A program made the translations under genes and the position numbers. Positions 53,966 through 64,000 of a stretch of DNA of 64,000 nt are shown here, piece after piece. The stretch is from an uncultured delta proteobacterium (lineage in GTDB: Bacteria > Desulfobacterota > Desulfomonilia > UBA1062): the NCBI GenBank assembly GCA_963752595.1, contig CAVVYZ010000030.1, forward strand, positions 32,001 through 96,000, read 5' to 3'. The notes below the pieces were generated by a model. That model was not told where the DNA came from. It was given only the letters and a program-made list of their open reading frames with translations, and searched no databases. Position 1 is the first letter of the stretch. Each line of letters begins with the position of its first letter.

Positions 53966-54979
53966 TTAAAGGTTTTTTTTAGCAAATTCCTCGTATTCGA
54001 GCACATCTTCTTTCGAGCCTATGATGAGGGGGACCCGCTGGTGCAGCGATGTGGGCTTAATATTAAGGATTCTCTCGTACCCTGTGGAAGCATATCCTCC
54101 TGCCTGCTCGGCAACGAATGCCAGCGGGTTGGCCTCATAAAGGAGCCTGAGCTTGCCGGTGGGCTTTTTCGGGTCCTTAGTGTCTTCGGGATAGAGGAAG
54201 ATCCCGCCCTTGAGGAGGTTCCGGTGAAAATCCGCCACGAGAGAGCCGATGTAGCGCGATGAATAGGGCTTTTTGGTCTTGTTCTTCTCTGACTTGAGAT
54301 AGTCGATGTATTCGCGGGTTCCGCTTTTCCAGTAGGTGCAGTTGCCTTCGTTGGTGCTGTAGATCTTTCCCCGGGAGGGCATCTTGATATCGGGATGGGA
54401 AAGGATGAACTCGCCCACGCTCGGGTCGAGGCTGAAGCAGTTAACCCCGTTTCCTGTCGTATATACGAGATTCAGGCTGGAGCTGTAGATGATGTAGCCT
54501 GCACCGAAGAGCTTGCAGCCCGGCTGGAGGCAGTCATCCAGGATGCCGTCCTCGCCGTCGGAAGCGCGCTTGTAGATGCCGAAGATCGTTCCGATGGATA
54601 CGTTGACATCGATATTTGATGAGCCGTCCAGGGGGTCGAACATGACTACATAGTCCCCCTTCGGGTGCTCCTTGGGGATGGCGATGAATTCTTTCTCTTC
54701 CTCGGAGGCCATGATGCATACCTTACCGATGTAGTTGAGCGCGTTGATGAAGACTTTATTGGCATATACATCGAGTTTCTGGACCTCTTCGCCCTGGACA
54801 TTCTTCTGGCCGGTCCTTCCCAGGATGTCTTCGATGAGCCCTGCATGGGCGACCTGGGCAGACACCACCTTGGCTGCAAATACGATCTGGCTCAAGATGG
54901 AGCTGAAATCGCCCTTGCCTCCATAACGGCTCTGTTCACTCATGATGAATCGGTCCAGAGAGATAATGTTATCGTTCAT
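53966..54979 (-). CDS. fbp: Class 1 fructose-1,6-bisphosphatase
   Basis: NVQGEEVQKLD, SEE, FDPLDGSSNID.N.SIGTIF, RYIGSLVADFHR.LL.GG, GKLRLLYEANP. Confidence 0.96.
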   Translation of the reverse strand: MNDNIISLDRFIMSEQSRYGGKGDFSSILSQIVFAAKVVSAQVAHAGLIEDILGRTGQKNVQGEEVQKLDVYANKVFINALNYIGKVCIMASEEEKEFIAIPKEHPKGDYVVMFDPLDGSSNIDVNVSIGTIFGIYKRASDGEDGILDDCLQPGCKLFGAGYIIYSSSLNLVYTTGNGVNCFSLDPSVGEFILSHPDIKMPSRGKIYSTNEGNCTYWKSGTREYIDYLKSEKNKTKKPYSSRYIGSLVADFHRNLLKGGIFLYPEDTKDPKKPTGKLRLLYEANPLAFVAEQAGGYASTGYERILNIKPTSLHQRVPLIIGSKEDVLEYEEFAKKNL

Positions 54980-55126
54980 AGTTCCTCCCCAAGTATACAG
55001 GTATGAATATATGGTGATTCCGTGATCTCAAGCAATGATACCACTGAAAGGAAAGAGAAATCAAGGCGATGTCGCTCCTCTCAGACGTTATTTTTCCTGT
55101 GAGGGGGATGTGAGATAAAAAAAGCA

Positions 55127-55158
55127 TTGACACAGGCATCGTTTCTATATATAGAAAC
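55127..55158 (+). promoter_or_regulatory. trp operon promoter with overlapping 18-bp palindrome
   Basis: TTGACA at 55127-55132; the -10 region lies inside the perfect palindrome GTTTCTATATATAGAAAC (55141-55158). Confidence 0.7.
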
Positions 55159-55163
55159 ATATT

Positions 55164-55253
55164 ATGAATACTTACCTCCCACCATTCACTATCCTGACTA
55201 CCCGCTGGTGGTGGCGAATCAGAAGAGATGGTGCGGTTGGAGGTTTGCCCTAG
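55164..55253 (+). CDS. trpL: trp operon leader peptide (29 aa, three tandem Trp codons)
   Basis: MNTYLPPFTILTTRWWWRIRRDGAVGGLP*, immediately upstream of a terminator and trpE. Confidence 0.9.
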   Translation: MNTYLPPFTILTTRWWWRIRRDGAVGGLP

Positions 55254-55280
55254 AGTAATTCTGATTGGTCAAGCAGTTGG

Positions 55281-55320
55281 AAAGCGGCAAGCTTCTTAAG
55301 ATAAGCTTGCCGCTTTTTTT
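55281..55320 (+). terminator. trp attenuator terminator
   Basis: AAAGCGGCAAGCTT-loop-AAGCTTGCCGCTTTTTTT: perfect stem plus U-tract, about 18 bp before trpE. Confidence 0.92.
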
Positions 55321-55338
55321 ATTCGGAAAGGGGACGAG

Positions 55339-56733
55339 ATGGAAACGATTCGGATTTTCCGGGACGTCAAAGGACCGGGGCGTAGTAGATCAAGAAGAGG
55401 CTTGCCTGCGATACGCTCACCCCGGTGCAGACCTACTGGGCAGTGGTGGGTGAAGGGCAGGGGTTTCTGCTGGAGTCCATCCCCGGATCGTACAGCTTTC
55501 TCGGCAGGTTTTCAGAGCCCAAGATCCTGACCATCCACGAAGAGGACGACCCCTGGTCCAGGATGCCTCTTCGGGGAAGCGATCTCTCCTTTGACAGGAC
55601 GGTCTGCCTCCCTTTATCGGGGGGTATGTCGGGTATCTTGGGTATGATCTGGTACGAGGGCATCGAGAGGCTTCCCCGACCGGCCGATCCCGTCCGGGTT
55701 CCCGGACGTCCGAGCTCGGGTTAGTCGACACCCTCATGGTGTTCGACCATCTCAAGCAGTCCGTTTCCCTCATCCATACCATCCCATACCCCGGGATCAG
55801 CGATGAAAAAGCCTCATGCCGGGCGCAAGAGGCCTTTTCGGCCATCGAAGACTCTCTTTTCTCGAAGCCGCACATGCCTGCCGCCGAAGTGCCGCTCCCG
55901 GTGCACTATCAAGTCCGCCTCTCTGGATGAAACAGGACTTCATCGATGCCGTGGGCAAGGCAAAAGAGTACATCAGAGACGGCGAGATCATCCAGACGGT
56001 GCTCTCCCGCAGGCTCAAGCTCGATGCATCCTGCGATCCCTTCGACACCTACCGGCGCCTCAGGCACATCAACCCATCGCCCTACCTCTTCTACATCAAC
56101 TTTGAGGATGTGACGCTCGTCGGCTCGTCTCCCGAGGTCATGGTCAAGCTCAAGGGTGATACCATCACCTCGCTTCCCATTGCCGGCACCAGGCCCAGGG
56201 GAAAAAGCGAGGAGGAGGATGAAAGCTCCTGCCGCAGATCTCATGACAGACGGAAAGGAGCGGGCCGAGCACCTGATGCTTCTGGATCTGGCGAGAAACG
56301 ATGTGGGCAGGGTCTCCAGGCCCGGGAGCGTGAAGGTCACATCCCGGGAGATCGTGAAGATGTATTCCCATGTCATGCACATCGTCTCCTGTGTGGAGGG
56401 GGAGAAGAGGCCTGAGCTGAGCGAACACCGATGTCCTCAAGGCGTGCTTCCCGGCAGGGACGGTTTCCGGGGCCCCCAAGGTGAGGGCCATGGAGATCAT
56501 CGACGAACTCGAAGGGCATGTGCAGGGGGCCCTATGCAGGTGCAGTGGGCTACCTGTCCTTCAACGGCGACATCGACACGGGCATCGCCATCCGCACGAT
56601 CTTCATCAGGGACAGGAAGTTCTTCGTACAGGCCGGGGCCGGGATCGTCTGGGACTCGGTGCCCGAAAACGAGCTCAGGGAGATCGACAACAAGCTGAGG
56701 GTCTTGAGCACGGCCCTGGGAGGCATGGCATGA
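55339..56733 (+). CDS. trpE: Anthranilate synthase component I, multiply frameshifted
   Basis: [78 protein letters not shown]. Confidence 0.93.
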
Positions 56734-57314
56734 TCCTCATGATCGACAATTTCGACTCTTTTACCTACAACCTGGTCCAGGGTTTCGAGTCCATGGGCGA
56801 AGAGGTTGGCGGTATACCGGAACGATGCGATCGACATCGAATGCCATCGAAGAGATGTCCCCTCCGGGATCATCATCTCGCCGGGGCCGGGCTCGCCGAA
56901 ATCAGCAGGGATATCGCGTCGAGGTGATCAAACGGATTCTATCAGGAAATTCCCATCTTCGGGGTGTGCCTCGGGCATCAGTGCATCGCGGAGGCCTTCG
57001 GCGGCCGGATAGTCCATGCAGACAGGGTCATGCACGGAAAGTTCTCCCCCATCAGCCATGACGGCACAGATCTCTTCGACGGGCTTCCCCAGGGTTCCGT
57101 GCGGTCAGGTACCATTCGCTGGCCGTGGACAGAGGCTACGCTTCCCGGCGGGATCCGTGTATGTGCCGTTTCGGATGACGGTGAGATCATGGGCATGCAG
57201 GCATGAACAGTTTCCCGCTCTTCGGCGTCCAGTTCCATCCGGAATCCATCGCCACGGAACATGGAGACGATATTATGAGACAATTTCATTGCAGAAAACA
57301 AAGGAGGCGTATGA
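56730..57314 (+). CDS. trpG: Anthranilate synthase component II (glutamine amidotransferase), frameshifted
   Basis: [40 protein letters not shown]. Confidence 0.92.
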
Positions 57315-58304
57315 AAGATTTCATCGAAAAGCTCATTTCCGGACAAGATTTGAGCGAAGACGAAATGGAAAAGGCCTTTGACATGATCATGTCGGGCAGG
57401 CCAACGATATCCAGATCGGAGCGATTTCTCATAGCGCTGCGGGCAAAGGGCGAGAGGCCTTCGGAAATCGCATCTGCGGCCCGCATCATGCGGGACAAGG
57501 CTCTGCAGGCGTCACGTGGATTTCGACGTCGTGGATACCTGCGGAACAGGCGGGGACGGCGCATCGACCTTCAATATCTCCACGGCCGTGGCCTTTGTCC
57601 TTGCCGGCGCAGGGCACAAGGTGGCAAAGCACGGAAACCGATCGGTCAGCTCCTCGTCCGGCAGTGCCGATTGCCTCGAGGCGCTCGGGCGTGCCCATCG
57701 ATCTCGACCCCGGACGAGGCGGCGAAAGCGTTGAAGGAAGGGGCTTTGCCTTCATGTTCGCGCCCGAGATACCATCCGAGCATGAAGTACGCCATGCCGG
57801 CCAGGAAACAGCTCGGCATGAAGACCATATTCAATATCCTGGGGCCCTTGACAAACCCGGCAGGTGCGGCATATCAGGTCATCGGCGTTTTCAGAAGGAT
57901 CTTGTCGACCCCATCATCGAGGTGCTGAGGATCCTGGGCTTGAAAGGGGCCATGGTGGTCCATTCCGGGCTCGATGAGGTATCCATATCCGGACGTCACC
58001 CAGGTATGCAAGGCTTGTCGACGGCAGGATTGAAAAAGGGCAGATCAGGCCGGAAGATGCAGGATTTACGCCAAAGCCCATGGATGAGCTGAAGGTGATG
58101 GACCCACAAGAATCGGCTCGGCGTATCGAAGCGATATTCAGCGGGACTTTCAAGGGGGCCTGCCTGGAAAGCATCCTGATCAATGCAGGGGCAGCCTTCA
58201 TGGCGCTTGACCCTACGACCGATATCCGGGAGGGCGTGCTTAAAGCATCCAGGGTCATCACAAGCGGTGATGCGCTCCAGGCGCTCCAGAGGGCGAGACA
58301 GTAG
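57311..58304 (+). CDS. trpD: Anthranilate phosphoribosyltransferase, frameshifted
   Basis: [43 protein letters not shown]. Confidence 0.93.
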
Positions 58305-59041
58305 TGGACTTCCTGAAGCACATGTATCAGTTATCCCGGCAGCGGGCAGCCGCTATGGACCAGTACAGGCAGGCTGTTCCTGCTACTTCCCGGTCATTGA
58401 AAGACGCCCTTCACGACATGGCAATTATTGCGGAGGTGAAGTACGCCACCCCTGTCGAAGGGGATCTGGGGATCACGAAGAAGCCGTCGGAGCTGGCAGC
58501 AGAATACGAAGCTATTGGTGCAGCGGCCATATCCTGCCTCACTGAGCCTTCATTCTTTGCGGGAAGCATGAAATATCTTGGTGAGGTCAGGAGCGCCTGC
58601 AGCCTTCCCATCCTCATGAAGGACTTTATCGTGGATGAGCGGCAGATCCGTTCGGGAAGATCCTTGGGCGCCGATGCCTTCCTTCTCATCACTGAGATGC
58701 TCTCCAATGAAGAGCTTTCAAGGCTCTATGCCTGCGGCCAAGACCTGGGTATGGACTGCCTCGTAGAGATCCACAGCCTCCAGGGGCTGGAAAAGGCTGC
58801 TCGCATAGGTGCACAAATAGTGGGGGTGAACGTGAGGGACCTAACTACGCTGAAAGTCGTCCCGGAAAGGCATGAAGAGATGATCGGGTTGCTTCCGAAA
58901 GGGGCGGTCAAGGTGGCCGAAAGCGGCATCTCCTCGGGCAGAAGGCTCGAGGAGCTGAAAAAGGTCGGGTATGACGCGGCGCTCATCGGCCGGGCCATGG
59001 TCAGGCAGGAGACGCGTAAGGAGCTGTTCGGATGTGGGTGA
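58304..59041 (+). CDS. trpC: Indole-3-glycerol phosphate synthase
   Basis: IIAEVK, ISCLTEP.FF.GS, P.L.KDFI, LVEIH, GVNVRDL, VAESGI. Confidence 0.95.
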   Translation: MDFLKHMYQLSRQRAAAMDQYRQAVPATSRSLKDALHDMAIIAEVKYATPVEGDLGITKKPSELAAEYEAIGAAAISCLTEPSFFAGSMKYLGEVRSACSLPILMKDFIVDERQIRSGRSLGADAFLLITEMLSNEELSRLYACGQDLGMDCLVEIHSLQGLEKAARIGAQIVGVNVRDLTTLKVVPERHEEMIGLLPKGAVKVAESGISSGRRLEELKKVGYDAALIGRAMVRQETRKELFGCG

Positions 59042-59595
59042 AGATCTGCGGCATCACGCGATATGAGGATGCCTGTACGGCCTGTGAAGCGGGGGCCGAT
59101 GCGATCGGGTTCGTGCTCACCCGGAGCAGGAGAAGGGTCGATCCCGCTCTCGTGGATGCATGGATCCATAGGATAACAGGGGTTGAAAAGGTCGGCGTGT
59201 TTATGGATGAAGATCCGGGATACATCCTGGAAACAGCGAAGATGCTCGGACTTCATACCATCCAGCTGCATGTACCTTTAAGTCCCGGGCACAGGATACT
59301 CTTTGAAAGATTCGAGATGATTTACGCGGTTAAAAGACTTGACGGGCTTCCGATGCCTAAAGAGTTTCCCTGCCGGATTCTGTTCGATCCGAGCACGGGT
59401 ACGGGCAAGGCCGGCACCTGGAGGCCCTATGATATCCCCTACATCCTTGCAGGCGGCCTCACCCCGGAAAATGTTCGGCAGGCCATTCTCCAGGCAGGGC
59501 CTGCAGGGGTGGACGTAAGCTCCGGGGTCGAATCGTCGCCCGGAATAAAAGATGCGGAAAGAATCAGGAAGTTCATACAGGAGGCAAAGGCATGA
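59032..59595 (+). CDS. trpF: Phosphoribosylanthranilate isomerase
   Basis: [44 protein letters not shown]. Confidence 0.96.
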   Translation: MWVKICGITRYEDACTACEAGADAIGFVLTRSRRRVDPALVDAWIHRITGVEKVGVFMDEDPGYILETAKMLGLHTIQLHVPLSPGHRILFERFEMIYAVKRLDGLPMPKEFPCRILFDPSTGTGKAGTWRPYDIPYILAGGLTPENVRQAILQAGPAGVDVSSGVESSPGIKDAERIRKFIQEAKA

Positions 59596-60743
59596 AAGGC
59601 TATTTCGGAGAATTCGGCGGCCAGTACGTTCCGGAAACGCTGCTTCCGGCACTGGTGGAGCTTGAAGAGGCGTTTACGGCTGCATCGGCGGATAAGGGAT
59701 TCTGGGACGAATTTCACGGATACATGAAAGATTATGTGGGCAGGCCGACGCCCCTTACCCACGTAAAGAGGCTCTCCGACCACCTGGGCATCGAGGTATG
59801 GCTCAAGCGGGAAGATCTGAACCACACCGGCTCGCACAAGATCAATAACGCCTTAGGCCAGATCCTGCTGGCTTCAAGGATGAACAAAAAGAGGATCATC
59901 GCCGAGACAGGGGCAGGCCAGCACGGGGTCGCCACAGCCACGGCCTGCGCGCTCTTCGGGTTTACCTGCGCTGTATATATGGGCTCCGAGGACATCGAGA
60001 GGCAGAAGATGAATGTGGAGCGCATGCGGCTCCTCGGTGCCGAGGTGGTCCCTGTCACGTCCGGGAGCGCCACTTTGAAGGATGCCACGAGCGAGGCCAT
60101 CCGGGACTGGGTGACGAACGTGGATACCACCTACTATCTCATCGGCTCCGCTATCGGACCTCACCCTTATCCGACCATAGTCCGCGAATTCCAGAAGATC
60201 ATCGGAATCGAATCCAGGTCTCAGATTCTTGAAAAGACCGGGCGTCTTCCCGATGCGGTCATTGCCTGCGTGGGCGGCGGGAGCAATGCCATCGGTATAT
60301 TCTCGGGTTTCCGGGATGATCCGGTGGAGCTCATCGGCGTCGAGGCCTATGGCGACGGAAAAACCAGGCACGGGGCCAGCATCCGTTTCGGGGTTCCCGG
60401 CGTCCTGCATGGGACACGCTCGTACCTGCTCCAGGATGAGGACGGCCAGGTCCTTGAGACCCATTCGATATCCGCAGGGCTCGACTATCCCGGAGTGGGG
60501 CCGGAGCACAGCTTCCTCTCATCAACGAAACAGGCACGCTACGAGCTGGTGGATGATCGGCAGGCTCTGAACGCCTTCATGCTCCTGAACAGGCTTGAAG
60601 GGATCGCGCCCGCCCTGGAAAGCGCCCATGCCGTGGGTTACCTGGAACAGTATGCAAAAGAACACCCGGGCGCTACCGTGGTGGTGAATCTCTCCGGCAG
60701 GGGAGACAAGGACCTGCATACCGTTCTCAAGGAGGGTATATGA
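59592..60743 (+). CDS. trpB: Tryptophan synthase beta chain
   Basis: [54 protein letters not shown]. Confidence 0.98.
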   Translation: MKGYFGEFGGQYVPETLLPALVELEEAFTAASADKGFWDEFHGYMKDYVGRPTPLTHVKRLSDHLGIEVWLKREDLNHTGSHKINNALGQILLASRMNKKRIIAETGAGQHGVATATACALFGFTCAVYMGSEDIERQKMNVERMRLLGAEVVPVTSGSATLKDATSEAIRDWVTNVDTTYYLIGSAIGPHPYPTIVREFQKIIGIESRSQILEKTGRLPDAVIACVGGGSNAIGIFSGFRDDPVELIGVEAYGDGKTRHGASIRFGVPGVLHGTRSYLLQDEDGQVLETHSISAGLDYPGVGPEHSFLSSTKQARYELVDDRQALNAFMLLNRLEGIAPALESAHAVGYLEQYAKEHPGATVVVNLSGRGDKDLHTVLKEGI

Positions 60744-61497
60744 TTACCGAAGCGATCAGGGCGAAAGAAAAGGCGATTATCCCCTACGTCACTGCAGGGC
60801 TTCCCGACCTCGATACTACCGGGGAGATCCTGAAGGCACTGGACGAAGCCGGTGCTGCAGCCATCGAGATCGGCATACCCTTTTCCGATCCCATGGCGGA
60901 CGGGCCGGTACTCCAGAAAGCCTCGCATACGGCACTCCAGGCGGGTTTCTGCATGGACGGGCTCTTGTCCCGTATGACTGAGTGGAGCTCTTCGGTGAAG
61001 GCCCCCTTGATCATCATGTCTTACATCAACCCGATCATGAGGCGGGGCATCCGCGAGACTTCGACCCGGTTCAAAGAGAGCGGCGTCCAGGGCATCATCA
61101 TCCCGGACATGCCGCTGGATGGGAGCGAGATCTATGCGTTGTGCAGGGATTCAGGCCTCGACCTCATCAGGCTCGTCGCCCCGACTACGCCTCTGCCCCG
61201 GCAGAAAGAGGTGGTGTCCCAGTGCAGCGGCTTCGTATATGCGGTCACGGTCAAAGGGCGTGACCGGTGCCAGGGCGAGCCTTCCTGCCGAGGTCCGGCA
61301 GCAGGTGTCGGACATCAAAGTCCTTCACGGACCTGCCGGTGTGCGCAGGGTTCGGGGTGTCGGATGCCGGGCAGGTGAGAGACATGCTCACCTTCGCAGA
61401 CGGCGTCATCGTTGGGAGCTACCTCATGGCACGGGTCATGGAATCTCCCCAACCGGTAAAGGCAGCACGGGAGGCATTCAGCGCCCTCATGAGCTGA
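60740..61497 (+). CDS. trpA: Tryptophan synthase alpha chain (frameshifts near 61255-61325)
   Basis: [46 protein letters not shown]. Confidence 0.94.
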
Positions 61498-61819
61498 GGG
61501 TTCCGGCTTTCGGAAAGGTCGGATTTCAGCAGACCACCGGGTCAGCCGTGAGTCCATATCGTTGATTCCCGGCTGTGCCGGTGGTATTCTTATGCCATCA
61601 TGAGATTTATATGGCGTAATCTGCCTGTGTTCTTCATCTGGTTCATAGGATTGAGCGTGCTCAATAACGCTCTGCATCACATATCCCCTCCGGTGGAAAG
61701 CGTCAGGGCACCTCTCTTTCTTTCCGCTCGCATGCTCGCTCGTACTCCTGTGGTATGCCTGTAAAAACGAGTATGACGGGCAGAGGATACCCCGGTTTTT
61801 TCTCCCCTGGGCCGCGGGT

Positions 61820-62527
61820 ATGACAATCGTGTATCTCACCCCATTCGTGCACAGCCTTACCCTGCCTCTCGATATGAGTACCCAGCGGCTCATCTATGAA
61901 TTCAGCGCCCTTGCCCAGTTCGGGCTCCTCCTGATGCATGCACGCACCTGGTTCAAACCATGGGACTGGGTCTGGGTATTCGGCGTGACGCTTTTTTTCG
62001 GAATGATCCTGGAAAACGGAGGGATCATCCTCGGAGTTTTTTTGGAGCCCGGCTATCTTCTCTACGTACCCGGCTTGCCTGCCCCCTTGGCAACAGCGCT
62101 CGGCTGGGCGAATGTGCTCTATTGTGCATTCTTTGCCGTGGAAAGGATTCTTCCGCCCATGGCGCCCCTGGGCAGAGGGCTGGCGTGCGCCCTCATCGGG
62201 TTGTCCTTGGACATGGTTTTCGACCCTGTCGCCACGAGGGTCGGATGGTGGGTGTGGGCTCCCGCTCTGGAGGTGAAGATCTGGGAGGTCCCCATCATCA
62301 ATTTCATTGCCTGGTTCTGGGCGCTCTTCCCCTATGCTTCGGTGTATTACTGGGTGAGGGGAATGGGAAAATACGGGGAGGGAAGGAAGGTATTCTACTT
62401 TGTAGGCGGGTTTCCGGCGATCCTGACGGGAGAACTCGCAGGGGTAATCGCCACCCTTGCCCTGGTGGGAGACAGGGCAGGATTACAGGTGATACGGATA
62501 TTTTTCAGTAGTCTCGGCCTGCCATGA
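61820..62527 (+). CDS. CruF-like (carotenoid biosynthesis family) integral membrane protein
   Basis: Multiple TMs; E..G...G, P.....GW, D...DPVA....WW.W, VP..NF..WF. Confidence 0.7.
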   Translation: MTIVYLTPFVHSLTLPLDMSTQRLIYEFSALAQFGLLLMHARTWFKPWDWVWVFGVTLFFGMILENGGIILGVFLEPGYLLYVPGLPAPLATALGWANVLYCAFFAVERILPPMAPLGRGLACALIGLSLDMVFDPVATRVGWWVWAPALEVKIWEVPIINFIAWFWALFPYASVYYWVRGMGKYGEGRKVFYFVGGFPAILTGELAGVIATLALVGDRAGLQVIRIFFSSLGLP

Positions 62528-63678
62528 GTTCCTTATATAAGTTCTCATAGCTCCGGACCATCGAAGTCAGGCTGTATTGATCCATGATGCGCTGCCTCGA
62601 ACGCTTACCCAGGTCATTCCGGTAATCGGGCCCGGCCTCCATGATACGCTGCCAACCGGCACACAGTGCCCGGGGGTCCTTTTGGGGGACTACTATCCCG
62701 GTGTCGCCGACAAGGACAGCCGAGTCTCCGACATCAGTAACCACGCAGGGAACTCCGGCAGCCATGGATTCACCTATGCTGTTTGGAAGCCCCTCGCCGT
62801 ACGAAGATGAAGAAGAGATATCCAGGGCTGTAAGAAGCCTGGAGATATCAGACCGTTCTCCCAGCAGGAGAATCTGATCGGCCTTATCAATCCCTTTTAT
62901 CATCTCCTGAATCTGCGGATTTTCTTTATCAACCCCTCTGCCGGCAAGGAGGAAGAAGGTTCGGGGGTAGGATTTCAAAAGCAGCTGGACCGCTTCAAAA
63001 AACGTCTGATGGTCCTTCATGGCATCCAAGCGGGCAATGAGGCCGATCAAGAACAGCGTCCTGCGGAATGTTCAGTTGAGACCGGACGTTCAGTCGACAT
63101 TCGGGATCGGGTTTGTAAATTCCGGTATCGAATCCGTTGGGTATTGTTTCCCATCTTTTCGGGTCATACCCGAATGCCCTATGGACCTCTCTCCCGGAAT
63201 GTGAATTCGTCAGGACAGCCCCGGGCAACGATGAGAAGACAGCCCCTGCATGGACAGTCATTTTATACGTCAGGCCGTATTTATCCAAGTCCATGTATGA
63301 ACAGAGTATGCTCCAGATGAGGTGCCTTTTGTGTCCGAAGAATAAGCCCAGCAAGTTTGCATGATACATCCAGCAGTGCACGATGTCAGGATCGAATGCA
63401 CAGACGAGGCGGCCAAGGCGGGCAATGCCCCGTGGATCGGGCAGGCCTTTTTCCATATTGAGCGCATGGGTTTCCACTCCGCTGCCGATGATCTGTCTCC
63501 CTATCGGGCCTATGGTGGTCATGGAAACAGCCATGTTCCGGAACAGGGTCTTGTCCATTCCGCTGACCAGGCTGCAGAGGTTCTGCTCGCCTCCCCCGAC
63601 ATCCAGGGTGGATATGAGGTGGAGTATCCTCACGGGCTTGACGGTCCCTGTTTGCATGGGTAAATCCTCACATTGCAT
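62505..63678 (-). CDS. Glycosyltransferase family 4 (one frameshift near 63045)
   Basis: ILHLIS.L..GGGE, PDIVHCWMYHANL, IPNGFD; after the shift ARL...KD, EGLPN...E.MA.GVP.V.TDVG. Confidence 0.9.
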
Positions 63679-64000
63679 ATCTTTGCCTGAACATCATGAA
63701 TACGAGGAGGAGCCAGACACGGTCCACGGCGACGAGCCCCTGCTGTGCTCGAAATCCCTGAACCGTATCCATGACGAAGTCCGGATCGATGTAACTCTGG
63801 GTACGGAGTGTCTCCGGGTTGAGATGTTCCTCACCATCCCCATGAGGTCATCACGGAGCCAGGAGTGGACGGGTACGGCAAAGCCCTGCTTGGGCCTTGC
63901 GAAAAGCTTTTCGGGGAGATATCGCTTCAGGATCCTTTTCAGAAGGTATTTTGTCTCGCCGGAGCGGTATTTGTATTCCAGGGGAAGGGCAAGGGCAAAC
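63668..64000 (-). CDS. asnB: Asparagine synthase (glutamine-hydrolysing)-like amidotransferase, C-terminal part (runs off the window)
   Basis: Minus-strand translation FALALPLEYK....KYLLK.IL.RYLP..LF.RPKQGFAVP...WLR. Confidence 0.85.

Noticed and set aside
53012-54262. 416-aa plus-strand ORF and many other long antisense ORFs in the track
   Set aside because: Shadow ORFs antisense to well-supported GC3-rich genes, with no recognisable motifs

Overview
A 64-kb chromosomal segment of a Gram-negative bacterium. Gene content (HDOD and PAS/GAF kinases, DUF1573, FYDLN protein, hrcA/CIRCE, sigma54-type promoters) suggests a deltaproteobacterium (Desulfobacterota-like); this is inference. Most of it is housekeeping: xseAB, engB, mnmG, rlmN, tRNA-Arg(CCG), corC-lnt-prfB, lpxH, wecB, argS, hrcA-grpE-dnaK, fbp-fba-rpoZ-dnaJ and a trpEGDCFBA operon. 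Small accessory modules are interspersed: an HDOD/hybrid-kinase/response-regulator/USP operon, a PAS-LuxR + MCP + CheW cassette, an SGNH lipoprotein hydrolase paired with a lipase-foldase-like protein, a MoxR-VWA pair, two convergent genes with sigma54-type promoters, and a stand-alone DACNV-type diadenylate-cyclase-like gene. The trp operon has an unannotated Trp-Trp-Trp leader peptide with a complete attenuator and a perfect 18-bp palindrome over its -10 box. I saw no CRISPR array, rRNA, transposase, integrase or prophage. Several stretches (about 25.8-32.1, 45.3-48.9 and 55.3-58.1 kb) are densely frameshifted even in essential genes, most likely from sequencing or assembly indels, so boundaries there are approximate. 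All product calls come from reading motifs by eye, not from database searches.
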